Assembly (NCBI GenBank): GCA_963841015.1
Contig: CAWJAX010000005.1
Span: 352,001-416,000 of the forward strand
From: an uncultured Methanoregulaceae archaeon
Lineage (GTDB): Archaea; Halobacteriota; Methanomicrobia; Methanomicrobiales; Methanospirillaceae
Reading direction: 5' to 3'
DNA: 64,000 bases
A program made the translations under genes and the position numbers. Below, piece after piece: positions 10,652 to 21,652 of the stretch (its first letter is position 1; each line of letters begins with the position of its first letter). Under the pieces are notes generated by a model. It worked only from the letters and a program-made list of their open reading frames with translations, ran no database searches and was not told where the DNA came from.

Positions 10652-11137
10652 ATGATCCGACCGCACGATCTTGCTATTTACCCGTTACCTCACATCCGCC
10701 GTGCAGCCCCATCAGATATTGAGGCGATTGTTGCAATTGAGAAAGAATCCTTCATCGACCCGTGGGAACCCTCCGTATTTTTTGAAGCGTTCTCCTGCTT
10801 TGCAACGACTTTTTTTGTTGCAATATGCGATGGAACCACAGCTGGTTTTATCGTTGGCGGGCTGGAGAATACCGGTGAAAATATCTATGGGCACCTGTGC
10901 AACTTTGGCGTGAGCTCTGCGTACCGTCGCCAGGGAATCGGGAGGCTGCTCGTCCGGAGGCTCGAACACCAGTTTGCACTCGAACTTGCTACCGGTGTCC
11001 AGCTTGAAGTGAGGGTGGGAAACACGACAGCGCAACGTTTTTACCGCCGGCTTGGTTACCGGGACATCTTTCAAATCGAAGGGTATTATTCCAACGGGGA
11101 AGATGCCCTCGTGATGATGAAGTGGTTCAGGTTTTAA
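10652..11137 (+). CDS. rimI: RimI/Ard1-like GNAT N-acetyltransferase
   Basis: YRRQGIG acetyl-CoA motif, LEVRVGN..AQRFY, YYSNGEDALVM. Confidence 0.9.
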   Translation: MIRPHDLAIYPLPHIRRAAPSDIEAIVAIEKESFIDPWEPSVFFEAFSCFATTFFVAICDGTTAGFIVGGLENTGENIYGHLCNFGVSSAYRRQGIGRLLVRRLEHQFALELATGVQLEVRVGNTTAQRFYRRLGYRDIFQIEGYYSNGEDALVMMKWFRF

Positions 11138-12411
11138 CCACGCCCGAGCTGCTGATGAGCCCGGGCAAGATGCTGGGCAGCAATGGCACCGAGCAGTGAG
11201 ATCTCCCCGGCAAGCACGCCGGCTCCAATAATCTCCCCCAGTTTTTTGGCATTTGTCCCCGGGGGATTGCCTCCTCCGGCTATGCCGAGTATCTGAAGGC
11301 ATTCCTGCTGCGTCTCCAATCCTGTTCCTCCGCCAACTGTTCCTACGGGAAGTGAGGGGAGGGTGACTGCGATATAGACCCCTGAATCTGTAAGATCCAC
11401 TGTGGTAATGCAGGTGCTGCCATCGATTGCATGAGCCGCGTCCTGTCCGCATGCGATGAACATTGCGGCGACAACATTTGCCGCGTGGGCATTGAATCCC
11501 ATTGAACCGGCACGTGCTGAGCCGACAAGGTTTTTCCGATAATTCACCTCAAACAGGTTTTTTGCATCTGTTTTGAGGATCTGACTTATAAGATCATGAG
11601 AGAGTGCAACACCGGCAACCACGCTTCTTCCCCGCCCCATGATACCGTTAATTGCAGCGGGTTTTTTATCGGTGCACATATTTCCGGAAAGGGCTATTAG
11701 CCTCGCACCGGTTCCCTGCGCAATTATCTCCGCTACCTTTGCACTCGCGATGGTAACCATGTTCATTCCCATCGCATCCTTGGTATCGAATTCAAGCCGG
11801 ACATAAACGCTTGTGCCTGCAATATAGGTGACAACTCCTGTCATTTTTCCATGTGAGGTTGTACTTTCTGCGGCCGCGCGGAGTTCATCATGGTGCGCTG
11901 CCACCCAGTCTGCAACCTGTTTTGCATGCACGACATTTTCAGCTGCGAAGACGGGTGCCCGTGTCATGCCATCATGGAGAATGCGTACCTGTGCTCCACC
12001 AGCCCGGGTGATCGCGCTGCAACCACGGTTAACAGAAGCGACGAGCGCACCCTCCGTTGTTGCAAGGGGAAGGTAGTAACTTCCCTGCGCGTATTCACCC
12101 TGGACAAGAAGTGGCCCTGCTACACCGACCGGGACCTGGATGGTACCGATCATATTTTCACAGTTACGTTTTACGACACGCTCAATATCGAGTGAGAAAA
12201 TACCGAGGTTCTCAAGGGTTGTTCCTGTCTCCTTTTCGATAAATTCCCTCCGGGCCCGGATGGCATCGAGCGGCTGGAGTTCTTTTTCCAGTTCATAGAG
12301 TTTCAGCGAGCCGTTCTTCAGTTGTGTATAAATGATATCCTCCTTCCCGGTGTCACGACAGGATCCCTCTTCGCGGACGGAGTCCCCGCGGTGCTCCTCA
12401 TCATCAGCCAT
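11134..12411 (-). CDS. hmgA: HMG-CoA reductase (NADPH, class I)
   Basis: CENMIG, PLATTEGAL, DAMGMNM, GTVGGGT motifs. Confidence 0.97.
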   Translation of the reverse strand: MADDEEHRGDSVREEGSCRDTGKEDIIYTQLKNGSLKLYELEKELQPLDAIRARREFIEKETGTTLENLGIFSLDIERVVKRNCENMIGTIQVPVGVAGPLLVQGEYAQGSYYLPLATTEGALVASVNRGCSAITRAGGAQVRILHDGMTRAPVFAAENVVHAKQVADWVAAHHDELRAAAESTTSHGKMTGVVTYIAGTSVYVRLEFDTKDAMGMNMVTIASAKVAEIIAQGTGARLIALSGNMCTDKKPAAINGIMGRGRSVVAGVALSHDLISQILKTDAKNLFEVNYRKNLVGSARAGSMGFNAHAANVVAAMFIACGQDAAHAIDGSTCITTVDLTDSGVYIAVTLPSLPVGTVGGGTGLETQQECLQILGIAGGGNPPGTNAKKLGEIIGAGVLAGEISLLGAIAAQHLARAHQQLGRG

Positions 12412-12458
12412 GAATAGTGGTACATCGTATAAATTTATGATACCGGTGGTCAATAGGG

Positions 12459-13373
12459 ATGGTCGAGCAATGGTGTATCCGGGTGCCGGCGCAGAGGGGT
12501 GAAGAAGTCCGGCGTGAACTTATCGAGAATGGGACACTCGATCTTACGCTCAAAGTCCGACGCGAAGGTTCTACACTTCTGCTACCGGTAACCGATCAAC
12601 AAGGGACTGCAGAACGGTGTAATTTTGAACCACATCCAGGACGGCAGGCACTTCCGCGGCACGAGCTGGTTGGTGGTATTGCTATCATGCAGGATTGTGA
12701 TCCGGCAGGCGCGGAGAACATACTCGCATCGCGCCCGTCACTTCATTCTGTACTCTGTCCTGTAAGTGAGGTCTCAGGCGAGTACCGCACTCGTGAATTT
12801 AAGGTCCTTGCCGGTATCCCTACCACGCGGACCGAAGTTGTCGAGTTCGGGCGCCGGTATACCGTTGATCTCTCAACCGCCTATTTTTCCGCACGTCTCT
12901 CATCAGAGCGACAGCGCATTCTTGAACGGATGGGAGATCAAGAGATTGTCCTTGATATGTTTGCCGGTGTCGGGCCGTTCGCAATCACTCTTGCCGCGCG
13001 GGCAGCCCTTGTTGTCGCGTCGGATATAAATCCGCAGGCAATTTCTCTTATGCTGGTAAATCTTGCACAAAACCGCACGAACAATGTGCTCCCGGTGCTC
13101 GCGGACGCGCATCATCTCCCCGCAATTATTCCATGGCAATTTGACCGGATAGTAATGAATCTCCCCCTCTCTGGCAGTGAGTTCCTTTTCGATGGTTTCC
13201 GGTTGTGCAGACCCGGCGGGATAATCCATTTCTACTCACTTGTGTCACGAGAGGGTGAGCACAATGACAGCATACACGAACTTGGTGGGGAAATTAGTGC
13301 TGAGAGGGTAGTGCGGTCGTACTCACCGGGTCAGTGGCATGTGGTATATGAGGTGAAAGTTGGGGAGGGATGA
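12459..13373 (+). CDS. trm5: Trm5/Met-10+ family tRNA methyltransferase
   Basis: YFSARLSSER, DMFAGVGPF, DRIVMNLP motifs. Confidence 0.85.
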   Translation: MVEQWCIRVPAQRGEEVRRELIENGTLDLTLKVRREGSTLLLPVTDQQGTAERCNFEPHPGRQALPRHELVGGIAIMQDCDPAGAENILASRPSLHSVLCPVSEVSGEYRTREFKVLAGIPTTRTEVVEFGRRYTVDLSTAYFSARLSSERQRILERMGDQEIVLDMFAGVGPFAITLAARAALVVASDINPQAISLMLVNLAQNRTNNVLPVLADAHHLPAIIPWQFDRIVMNLPLSGSEFLFDGFRLCRPGGIIHFYSLVSREGEHNDSIHELGGEISAERVVRSYSPGQWHVVYEVKVGEG

Positions 13374-13592
13374 AACCCTTTGGGAATTCCGGTTACCCTG
13401 ATTTTCCTCTTCGATGCTTTTCGCACAAAACACCGCGTTGGGTTTTGTACAATGCATTGCCAGAAACTGACGGTAACTACCGGCCCCTTCTTGAAACGTA
13501 CAAAAAAGGAGTTATCACAATAAGGGATACCAGACTTACCTGGTTACAGCCTAAGAAGTGGTCAGAATTCGCGAACATTAAAAAAACAGAGA

Positions 13593-13985
13593 TTACTCCA
13601 CTGGCACAAACTTAGTACCGTAGTGGATTATTCCGCTTTCACCATCAGTGGCGATTCGGCGGAACACGCTTTTTACCCGCATACCAATCTTCGCTTCCTC
13701 AGGAGTGCAGACAATTTGTGCTGTCATGCGCGGTCCCTCATCAAGCTTAACAATGGCAAGTACATACGGGGTGAATGCCTCAAATTGTTCATTTGCCGTA
13801 TGGATAACGGTATATGTCACAATCGTTCCAAATCCCGCAAACTTATATCCGATGATCCTGCCACTCCGGCGGCAGTCTGGACAGAATGTCCTCGGGGGGA
13901 AAAAATGCCGGTGACAGGTCTCGCACTTTGTCCCAATCATGTTATACCGCTGGGGTATCTTTCTCCAGAATCGTGCGACTGACAT
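13593..13985 (-). CDS. DUF35 Zn-ribbon/OB-fold scaffold protein
   Basis: CETC...FPPR..CPDC, GIIHYGTKF; directly downstream of thiolase. Confidence 0.92.
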   Translation of the reverse strand: MSVARFWRKIPQRYNMIGTKCETCHRHFFPPRTFCPDCRRSGRIIGYKFAGFGTIVTYTVIHTANEQFEAFTPYVLAIVKLDEGPRMTAQIVCTPEEAKIGMRVKSVFRRIATDGESGIIHYGTKFVPVE

Positions 13986-13986
13986 A

Positions 13987-15153
13987 TCAGGTCCTCCCGA
14001 GAATGTGAACCGCAACCGTCGCTCCGGTTCCCCCCACATTATGGGTCATACCGATCTTCGCATCATCGATCTGGCGCTTCCCCGCCTCGTTCCGGAGTTG
14101 CTGGACAATTTCGTATACCTGCTTGATCCCCGTTGCACCAACCGGGTGCCCACAGGCCTTCAGCCCTCCGCTCGTATTAACCGGGATTTTTCCGCTCAGG
14201 GCGGTTTCGCCATCAGCGGTAAATTTTCCTGCCTCTCCTTTCCTGCAGAATCCGAGGTCCTCAATTGCACAAATCTCCGCAATCGAGAAACAATCATGGA
14301 CTTCCACCATGTCGATATCCTTGTGGGTAAGCTTTGCCAGCCTGAATGCCTTCTTACCTGCAGCTACTGTTGCATCAAGGGTCGATATATCACGCCGGTC
14401 ATGAAGAGTGATTGTGTCACTTGCCTGAGCACTCGCAAGAACCTTAATGGGTGTATCGGTAAACTCCCTGGCCCGATCAAAAGGTGCCACGATTACTGCA
14501 GCAGCACCATCGGTGATTGGAGAACAGTCGAAGAGCCTCAGGGGTTCGGCTACCATCGTTGATTTCAGGACGGTCTCGATGGTGATCTCCTGCTGGTACT
14601 GTGCAATGGGATTTCTCGCCCCGTTGTAATGGTTTTTCACAGCAACCTGTGCAAGCTGCTCGCGTGTCAGGGGATAGCGATGCATGTAATCCGTAGCTAT
14701 CATTGCATAGAGTCCGGGAAACGTTGCACCCACAAATCCTTCCCACTCACGGTCAGCTGCCCCGGTCAGTGTATCGGTACTGGCACCCGGTTCAACATCG
14801 GTCATTTTTTCGACGCCTGCCGCGACCACAATGTCTTCCATTCCACTTGCAACGGCAATCACTGCCTGACGGAAGGCAAGACCACCTGAGGCGCATGCTG
14901 CTTCGACCCTGGTAGATGGTATATGGTGCGTTGCCAGCCCGGCATAGTCAGCAATTAATGCACCGATATGCTCCTGTTCGATAAACCGTCCTGCGCTCAT
15001 GTTGCCAATATACATCGCATCGATCTTTTCACCGGAAAGCTGTGCATCCTCAAGAGCAAGCGCACCCGCTTCAACAAAGAGCTCACGAAACCCACTCGAC
15101 CACTTTTCACCAAAGGTCGTGCACCCTACACCGATTACTGCAACGTCTCTCAT
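13987..15153 (-). CDS. Acetoacetyl-CoA thiolase (archaeal)
   Basis: [27 protein letters not shown] motifs. Confidence 0.96.
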   Translation of the reverse strand: MRDVAVIGVGCTTFGEKWSSGFRELFVEAGALALEDAQLSGEKIDAMYIGNMSAGRFIEQEHIGALIADYAGLATHHIPSTRVEAACASGGLAFRQAVIAVASGMEDIVVAAGVEKMTDVEPGASTDTLTGAADREWEGFVGATFPGLYAMIATDYMHRYPLTREQLAQVAVKNHYNGARNPIAQYQQEITIETVLKSTMVAEPLRLFDCSPITDGAAAVIVAPFDRAREFTDTPIKVLASAQASDTITLHDRRDISTLDATVAAGKKAFRLAKLTHKDIDMVEVHDCFSIAEICAIEDLGFCRKGEAGKFTADGETALSGKIPVNTSGGLKACGHPVGATGIKQVYEIVQQLRNEAGKRQIDDAKIGMTHNVGGTGATVAVHILGRT

Positions 15154-16202
15154 AACTGCATCACGATCTTCCCCTTATGTACGGCATACCTGGCATAGTC
15201 AAGGTAGATGGGATTTTTCAACAGCTGTTCAACACCCGGGGCAGCGTCTCGCCGGAATTCTCCATCGATGATTGCGTCGGTGACCTCAATGTCAAAAGCA
15301 TCACTCCCCGCACCGGAGCCGAAGGAACAGACAAATATCGTGTCTCCCGGTTTTGCGATATCGAGTGTTGCAGCAAGGCCAATGGGGGATGCCCCCGAAT
15401 AGGTATTACCTAATCTGGGCACCACAAGACCCGGTTGGATCTGTTCAGTCGTGAACCCCAGGTTCTTTGCGACCTTCTGCGGAAACTTTGCATTTGGCTG
15501 GTGGAAGATCGCATAGGTGAAATCTTTCGGGTTTTTGCCGGTCTGTCTGAATAATAAACTGCTGGCTCCTTCAACATGTTTGAAATAGCCAGGTTCACCG
15601 GTAAATCGCCCCCCATGCCTTGGATAGTCCTCTCCTTCACGTCGCCAGAAGTCTGGGGTATCCGTGGTGAACGAGCAGGTATGATGGATGGTTGCAATAG
15701 GATCATCCCGTCCTATCAGGAATGCAGCTCCTCCTGCTGCTGCGGTATACTCGAGAGCATCGCTTGGTGCGCCCTGAGACACATCCGAGCCGATTGCAAA
15801 ACCATAGGTGATCATCTCACTTTTAACAAGGCCCATACAGGTCTGGATTGCGGCTGTTCCCGCCTTGCACGCAAACTCATAATCCGCTGCGGTCATGTTT
15901 GGCGTTGCACCGATCGCTTCCCCAACAGTACATGCAGTCGGTTTCACTGCATAAGGGTGGGATTCACTGCCTACATACACAGCGCCGATATCTTCTGGAT
16001 CGATCTTTCTTCGGAGAAGAGCATTACGTGCTGCTTCGACTGCAATCGTAGCAGCGTCCTCATCGAGGTCAGGGACAGATTTCTCAAAAACACCCAATCC
16101 TCCAGAAATATCTGCAGCGTTTGCACCCCAGACTCGTGCAATCTCTTCAACCTTGATTCTGTATCTCGGTATATACACACCGTAGGTAATGATGCCTACC
16201 AT
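15150..16202 (-). CDS. HMG-CoA synthase
   Basis: [39 protein letters not shown] motifs. Confidence 0.96.
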   Translation of the reverse strand: MVGIITYGVYIPRYRIKVEEIARVWGANAADISGGLGVFEKSVPDLDEDAATIAVEAARNALLRRKIDPEDIGAVYVGSESHPYAVKPTACTVGEAIGATPNMTAADYEFACKAGTAAIQTCMGLVKSEMITYGFAIGSDVSQGAPSDALEYTAAAGGAAFLIGRDDPIATIHHTCSFTTDTPDFWRREGEDYPRHGGRFTGEPGYFKHVEGASSLLFRQTGKNPKDFTYAIFHQPNAKFPQKVAKNLGFTTEQIQPGLVVPRLGNTYSGASPIGLAATLDIAKPGDTIFVCSFGSGAGSDAFDIEVTDAIIDGEFRRDAAPGVEQLLKNPIYLDYARYAVHKGKIVMQL

Positions 16203-16912
16203 TCTTTATCCCTCAATGTACTCACAATTTTGTCAATATCCATCATCGTGCACATTACTGTGATCCGATCCCGTTCTGCCATTTTCTCCACTATAGGGTG
16301 AACATCAGCGATATCAAGTCCCTGTAGCACCACACATCGGGGTTTGAAGGGTGTAACCCGGATTGCAACCATCGGGGATTTTCCCGTTGAAACATTGGTG
16401 AAGACCACCGCTCTTTCTGTACTCCACCCATAGATTCGGTTGAACTCCTCTGATGAGAATTGCATGATGGCATTCAGACTGTTCACTACAGTATAACCAA
16501 AAAGGACCTGGTCCATGGAACCACAAAGCAGTGAGCACCCTATCGCATCAGAGAAATCTTTGAGAGGAATGGCGGTAGCATACTCATGAATATCGTAGAT
16601 AACATCATCTTCAATATTGGAAAAGAGCATGGTTGAAAATTTCTGGATGTGTTTCCCCTCATTTTCCTCATCCATGGCAAGGAGTGTGTCGACGATTTTT
16701 CCAACCACTGCAGTGCCAGGACTTTTTCTTCTGCCACTCTCATAATCGCTAATAACAGAGGGTGAGACCCCGAGACGATCCGCAAGGATACCTGGTGCGA
16801 TCTCAAAGTTCATGCGCCACTTTTTCAGCGCATGCCCCGGTGAGTCCGACAGCGTTATCTCACCTGCCATTTTTTCGGCAAGCTGGTTCCGCAATCCGGA
16901 TTTCATGCTCAT
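16196..16912 (-). CDS. XRE-type HTH transcriptional regulator (COG1709-like)
   Basis: [27 protein letters not shown]; conserved [24 protein letters not shown]-terminal domain. Confidence 0.85.
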   Translation of the reverse strand: MSMKSGLRNQLAEKMAGEITLSDSPGHALKKWRMNFEIAPGILADRLGVSPSVISDYESGRRKSPGTAVVGKIVDTLLAMDEENEGKHIQKFSTMLFSNIEDDVIYDIHEYATAIPLKDFSDAIGCSLLCGSMDQVLFGYTVVNSLNAIMQFSSEEFNRIYGWSTERAVVFTNVSTGKSPMVAIRVTPFKPRCVVLQGLDIADVHPIVEKMAERDRITVMCTMMDIDKIVSTLRDKEW

Positions 16913-17030
16913 TACCAAGAACCCGGAGTATTAAATAATTAACGAACGTGCATTCGACAGTAAACGAATCACGACGGGGGGATGTCCGGAGAGCAACCCA
17001 TAAATAATAAGCACCTCAATTTTGATAAGC

Positions 17031-17693
17031 ATGATACCCGCTGAAGATCTCCAGTGTCTCAAGGCGATTGCATTGCAGGGTGGCTGCAAAAGCCCGGTTT
17101 TTGTCTCATCCCAGACTATTGGCGATATGCTTGCAATCAGCCAGCAGACCGCCTCCCGCAGGTTAAAAGGTCTCGAATCCCAGGGATTCATTACGCGGAC
17201 GATTGCTGCAGATGGTCAGCATGTTACGGTGACTAGAACAGGAGAAGCGGAGCTCCATAATGAATATCAGGAGTACTGCCGGATATTTTCGGAGCGTAAC
17301 AATGGATATGTCCTTTCCGGTACCGTGGTAAGTGGAATTGGTGAAGGCAAATATTACATGAGCCTGGAACCCTACAAGCAACAGTTCAATGTGCATCTTG
17401 GGTTTGAACCATACCCGGGAACCCTCAACATACGTCTTCCCAGCTCAAGTCTTCCCATACGCAAAAAGATTGATAATCTCAACTGGATCCGGATCAAGGG
17501 TTTTTCTACCGACGGCAGAACGTTTGGTGATGCGAAGTGCCTTCCGTGCCGTATTGGTTCAATTCCCTGTGGGATTGTCGTACCCGGAAGGACACACTAT
17601 CCCGAAGACATCATTGAAATTATCGCACCCGTAGCGCTTCGCAGGAAACTTGGTGTCGGGGATACTGATACAGTGACAGTCGAGGTGGGGTAG
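17031..17693 (+). CDS. ribK: CTP-dependent riboflavin kinase with N-terminal winged HTH (RbkR type)
   Basis: SQQTASRRL wHTH; GTVVSGIGEGKYY, PYPGTLN, RTHYP motifs. Confidence 0.93.
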   Translation: MIPAEDLQCLKAIALQGGCKSPVFVSSQTIGDMLAISQQTASRRLKGLESQGFITRTIAADGQHVTVTRTGEAELHNEYQEYCRIFSERNNGYVLSGTVVSGIGEGKYYMSLEPYKQQFNVHLGFEPYPGTLNIRLPSSSLPIRKKIDNLNWIRIKGFSTDGRTFGDAKCLPCRIGSIPCGIVVPGRTHYPEDIIEIIAPVALRRKLGVGDTDTVTVEVG

Positions 17694-18370
17694 TGATTGA
17701 TGATGCTCTGGCAGCCTTGAGGGATGGAAAATTTATCCTGCTTTACGATTTTGACGACCGTGAAGGAGAGACGGATTTTGCAATCAGGTCTGATGCGGTT
17801 ACTCCACGCCATATTGTGCAGATGCGCAAAGATGGGGGGGGCTTGATCTGCACTGCGGTACACCCGACTGCAGCCCTGCGCCTTGGGCTGCCTTTTGCAA
17901 GCGATGCCCTCAGGGCAATATCAGTGGCAGAACGTGAGGGGGATATTCCCTATGATAGAAAGAATCACTCTTCCTTCTCCCTCTGGGTAAACCACAGGAA
18001 TACGTTCACCGGCATAACCGACCGCGACAGGACGCTTACCGTCAACGCGATTGCCGAGCAGGTAAAACGGGCGCTCAACGGTGGAGCTGTGAACTTCCAC
18101 GAGGTCTTCCGCACCCCCGGGCACATGGCACTCCTGCGGGCCGCGGATGGGCTTCTTGACCAGCGGAAGGGGCAGACCGAGCTCTCAATCGCGATGGCAC
18201 AGATGGCTGGCATAACCCCGGCCATCACTATCTGTGAGATGCTGGATGACGAATCCGGGTATGCCCTGTCAAAAGAAGATGCCAGGCTCTATGCACGCAA
18301 ACACCGGCTCATTTTTGTGGAAGGTCCTGAAGTGCTGGAACGGTGGGAAGCCCGGACACGCCATTCCTGA
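17693..18370 (+). CDS. ribB: 3,4-dihydroxy-2-butanone-4-phosphate synthase
   Basis: DREGETD, TGITDRDR, FRTPGH, GQTE, ICEMLD motifs. Confidence 0.95.
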   Translation: MIDDALAALRDGKFILLYDFDDREGETDFAIRSDAVTPRHIVQMRKDGGGLICTAVHPTAALRLGLPFASDALRAISVAEREGDIPYDRKNHSSFSLWVNHRNTFTGITDRDRTLTVNAIAEQVKRALNGGAVNFHEVFRTPGHMALLRAADGLLDQRKGQTELSIAMAQMAGITPAITICEMLDDESGYALSKEDARLYARKHRLIFVEGPEVLERWEARTRHS

Positions 18371-18384
18371 TAAAGAAACAATGA

Positions 18385-18546
18385 TCACTTTTTTGCGAGT
18401 CTTTCCAGTGTTTCCGCTGGTAGCATTTTTGCAATGCTCATTTTTGTAGGACAACGCCCGAATTTCAGGCCTAGTTTCTTTGCCTCATCTTTGAGCACTT
18501 TTGTATCAATGTCCTTAATGAGTACACTCAACTCTTTTGGCTCCAT
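18385..18546 (-). CDS. Small basic protein, Rho-N/HeH-like helical pattern
   Basis: 53 aa, Lys-rich, [11 protein letters not shown]...TKMSIAKML; GGAG-free but co-oriented downstream of the RPA genes. Confidence 0.6.
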   Translation of the reverse strand: MEPKELSVLIKDIDTKVLKDEAKKLGLKFGRCPTKMSIAKMLPAETLERLAKK

Positions 18547-18611
18547 AGATATCGGAGAGTGATTAGTACACAATGAAATAAGGTTTCCTTTTGGTTGAGT
18601 GAAAAAATTGA

Positions 18612-19211
18612 TTATATTTTGACCTGCGCAAGTGCATCGTACGCAGTTTTCCGGAACACCGCGACGTCAATGGTCGGATATTGTTCCTTTGCCTTTACAA
18701 TATCCGGCCCTAAACCTGTTTTGAACGCGTTAATCCGGTCAAGCGTTCGTGCAGCGGTGTCAAGTACCCAGAGATCGCGGGTCTCTTTATCAACGACTGT
18801 TATTGATTCGACTCTGACTGAGACGAGAAAAGCTCCATCGGGTGTCTGGTAAAGGTTAGGTTTTCCGATAACAGAAACGAATGCCGGCGTGTCGATTTTT
18901 GCGATCTGTTGCATGGCCTCTGGTTGATAACTACCTGCCATAACAAAGAATGTTCCTGAAGGGTCAACAACTCTTCCACGGTAGAAAATGTTCTGGTCTC
19001 CCTGACGCTGCTTTTCTGTCAGTGTACCAACAAGAAATATCCGGTTACAGCGCTCTCCCGTCGGGAGAAGGACAAATGTCGGACTCTTCTCATCATCGCC
19101 ATCCTTGAACTGGTACCGGCACTCGCGAAGCTCCGCCGCAAAAACCCTCCGGGCCGGCTCACGTTCGAACGCACCTTCCTTACGCCCCATGTCCCGTGGG
19201 TTTGTACTCAT
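18612..19211 (-). CDS. RPA-associated OB-fold protein (RPA32-like)
   Basis: [30 protein letters not shown]; ATGA overlap with rpa. Confidence 0.9.
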   Translation of the reverse strand: MSTNPRDMGRKEGAFEREPARRVFAAELRECRYQFKDGDDEKSPTFVLLPTGERCNRIFLVGTLTEKQRQGDQNIFYRGRVVDPSGTFFVMAGSYQPEAMQQIAKIDTPAFVSVIGKPNLYQTPDGAFLVSVRVESITVVDKETRDLWVLDTAARTLDRINAFKTGLGPDIVKAKEQYPTIDVAVFRKTAYDALAQVKI

Positions 19212-20452
19212 GACGAACCCCCCGCCCTGTTTAGAAGTGCTGCGTGTTCTCCGCTCTGATATGTCAGACGCTCACAGGAGTTCACCAGGATACGGTTATC
19301 GATCTCCCTGCCCTCGCAGAGTATATAGCGCCCGAGTACCGCATCGCGCATCCTGAGGAATACTTCATCCATCCCAAGCGGGTTGTTCTCCGCAATCTCC
19401 TGCGCTGCACTGAGGGTTATTCCGGTAAGAGATTCCACGACCTCCCGCTGGAGCAGGATATTATGCGTTTTTTCACCATCATCGAGCCACCCTTTAATCC
19501 GCAAATCATAAACAAATTTTGGCTGGATTTCGTGGACAGGGCAATAATTCTGACGTGACAGGGCACGATTACACCCTTCTATCGGACAGCGCTTGATAAT
19601 CCCGGAACCAGGTGCGATGTGCACCATGGCACCTTTGACTGCTACATTCCCCCCGCTTACCGATATGTCACCATCATCCTGCATGATCGTTGCTGTGTTT
19701 AAGTTGAGCGAGAGCCTGCTGTTGAATTCGTCTACCTGAGCATAGAAGATATTGTAGACAGAGTCCACCGCGAGTTTTTCCTTCCCCGCTTCCTTCCATA
19801 TCACAAATTTTATTGTTCCCGTCTCGTCACCCAATAGACCGGACTGGAGCATCCTCTCATGGGAAGCATCCCATTCCTGAATCACTTTGGCACGAACACT
19901 GCCAACACCCGTGTGAAGATTAACAACCGATACCGTACTTGGGATGAGTGGTCCATCGGTTTCGCTCTCTTTTACGGTCGTACCAGAATGGATCTTCAGG
20001 CTTGCAATACCCTTGAACTCGTCTACTACAGCTGACTCTATATGGTACCATGAGCCCACGGTCATCGCAGGCGCATTCGATTTTGTCCATGCCACAAACC
20101 GTATGCCCCCGGAGTCATCAGCGATTATACCGCTTTGGGCAATTGCTGGTGATGCAGGTGAGGAGAGTGCGACAACCTTTCCTTCGATGGTTACCCATTC
20201 ACCGGGTGCCACCTCAGCGATCTTTTTCTTTTCAGCTGCATTGCCGCTCTTTCCACCACTGCCCGTTCCTGCTGTGGGAAGGTTGAACTCTTTTGCAAGT
20301 TCATTCGTTACACTTCGTTCCGCCTCGGAGGGTTGTACACCGAACTCATTGACGAGCCGGCGGAGTTTGCTCTCGATCTTCGTTGGATCGACATCTGTTC
20401 CTTTCTCTGAAAACTTTCGGGAGATTCTTTTTGCTGCTTCGGAAAAGTCCAT
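19208..20452 (-). CDS. rpa: Replication protein A large subunit (multiple OB folds + Zn finger)
   Basis: GIIADDSG, GLLGDETG, CPIEGC...CPVH, DLRIKGWLDDG. Confidence 0.92.
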   Translation of the reverse strand: MDFSEAAKRISRKFSEKGTDVDPTKIESKLRRLVNEFGVQPSEAERSVTNELAKEFNLPTAGTGSGGKSGNAAEKKKIAEVAPGEWVTIEGKVVALSSPASPAIAQSGIIADDSGGIRFVAWTKSNAPAMTVGSWYHIESAVVDEFKGIASLKIHSGTTVKESETDGPLIPSTVSVVNLHTGVGSVRAKVIQEWDASHERMLQSGLLGDETGTIKFVIWKEAGKEKLAVDSVYNIFYAQVDEFNSRLSLNLNTATIMQDDGDISVSGGNVAVKGAMVHIAPGSGIIKRCPIEGCNRALSRQNYCPVHEIQPKFVYDLRIKGWLDDGEKTHNILLQREVVESLTGITLSAAQEIAENNPLGMDEVFLRMRDAVLGRYILCEGREIDNRILVNSCERLTYQSGEHAALLNRAGGSS

Positions 20453-20571
20453 TCATACATCTCCAGGTACTCATCGGTTCTGATCATGCGTATATATTGC
20501 GAAGCATGCATGGTGAAAGTAAATCGCCGCAATCGTGAAGTTTATGTTTTACAACACCGACTAAGAGACAC

Positions 20572-20766
20572 ATGGTTGAAATTACCGCTGACAGCACGAT
20601 TTATGATCTATTAAAGGCGAAACCAGAATCTTCCGAAGTACTCTTCAAGTTCGGTATGGGCTGTGTGGGATGCGCGATCGCCCGGGGCGAAACTATCCGG
20701 GAGGCAGCCGAAGCGCATGGCATCCCTTTACCTGAGCTCCTTTCAGCGCTCGGAATTAAAGAGTAA
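20572..20766 (+). CDS. DUF1858 domain protein
   Basis: FGMGCVGCAIARGETIREAAEAHGI signature. Confidence 0.9.
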   Translation: MVEITADSTIYDLLKAKPESSEVLFKFGMGCVGCAIARGETIREAAEAHGIPLPELLSALGIKE

Positions 20767-20770
20767 TTTT

Positions 20771-21652
20771 TTATTTCTTTTTTATATCCCGCAAGCAAAT
20801 CAGTTCTGCACGTGACGCCCCGGGAAATACTTTGAGATAATCTGCAATTTCAGGTTCATGCAGGAGTGTGCACCAGGCACAGTTCCATACCCGCCCCCCC
20901 TTGGAACTCTCAACCCACTTTCCGAGATTCTCGTCCCCACACGGGTAGAACGGGCAATAGCAAAAATCGCATCGCTGGCCGGGAAAGTGGCAGGGAAAGT
21001 ACGGGCAATCATGTGGTGACAATTCTACCCAATGCTCACCCTTGAAACGGCTGAAGATGAAAAATGATGGGTGGGCGGACGGATCTGCCGCATCGTGACG
21101 TCTGATAGCTTCCGGTATACCATGAAGTACAGCTTCGCGAATACGCCGGCCAGCCTCCGTGCTTCGCCCGGCATACCGGTGCAGTATTTCTCCCTCGCAT
21201 CCTGCTATTATGGCATCTGTGGGTGTACCGGTCAGCGGGAGACCCATTGCCTGCAATGCCTCGGCTTTTGCCTCAGTGGCGACCATGATCGTTTCGAGCA
21301 GCGCCGCGTCCCCCATCCCCTCGCTACTGCATACAATGATGTTGATGGTGCCGGCATTCGCCGGAGGTTCTCGACGGACACCTGCAGTTATGAATACAGT
21401 AACGTAATCATACTGGAGTATGCAGCATTGCTGAACAGGCACTGCAGTCAGAAGCCCAAAAAACCCCTGATTAATACCAGCGCCGGCTGCAATGAACTCC
21501 AGCATCTTTTCGGGTTCCTCATGGTTCCAACCAACGGGAACGGTGTGGTTTATGAGAGTTGTGACCGGGCGGATACCCCCGGTGATTCCGGTACTTGCAG
21601 CACGGAATTTCCCGTGGATAAAAAGAGTACTTGTATCGAAATGGTATCTCAT
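20771..21652 (-). CDS. cbiZ: Adenosylcobinamide amidohydrolase fused to a cysteine-rich small domain
   Basis: TAG, GTINI, ATEAKA, TGTPTDA motifs; C-terminal CPYFPCH...CDFCYCPFYPC...WNCAWCTLLH. Confidence 0.88.
   Translation of the reverse strand: MRYHFDTSTLFIHGKFRAASTGITGGIRPVTTLINHTVPVGWNHEEPEKMLEFIAAGAGINQGFFGLLTAVPVQQCCILQYDYVTVFITAGVRREPPANAGTINIIVCSSEGMGDAALLETIMVATEAKAEALQAMGLPLTGTPTDAIIAGCEGEILHRYAGRSTEAGRRIREAVLHGIPEAIRRHDAADPSAHPSFFIFSRFKGEHWVELSPHDCPYFPCHFPGQRCDFCYCPFYPCGDENLGKWVESSKGGRVWNCAWCTLLHEPEIADYLKVFPGASRAELICLRDIKKK

Noticed and set aside
13370-13615. 81 aa ORF overlapping the trm5 stop
   Set aside because: No motif and overlaps the convergent DUF35 gene; probably spurious.
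17010-17030. TCAATTTTGA near-palindrome between the TATA element and ribK start as an RbkR operator
   Set aside because: Position is plausible but it is short and single-copy here, so it cannot be supported.
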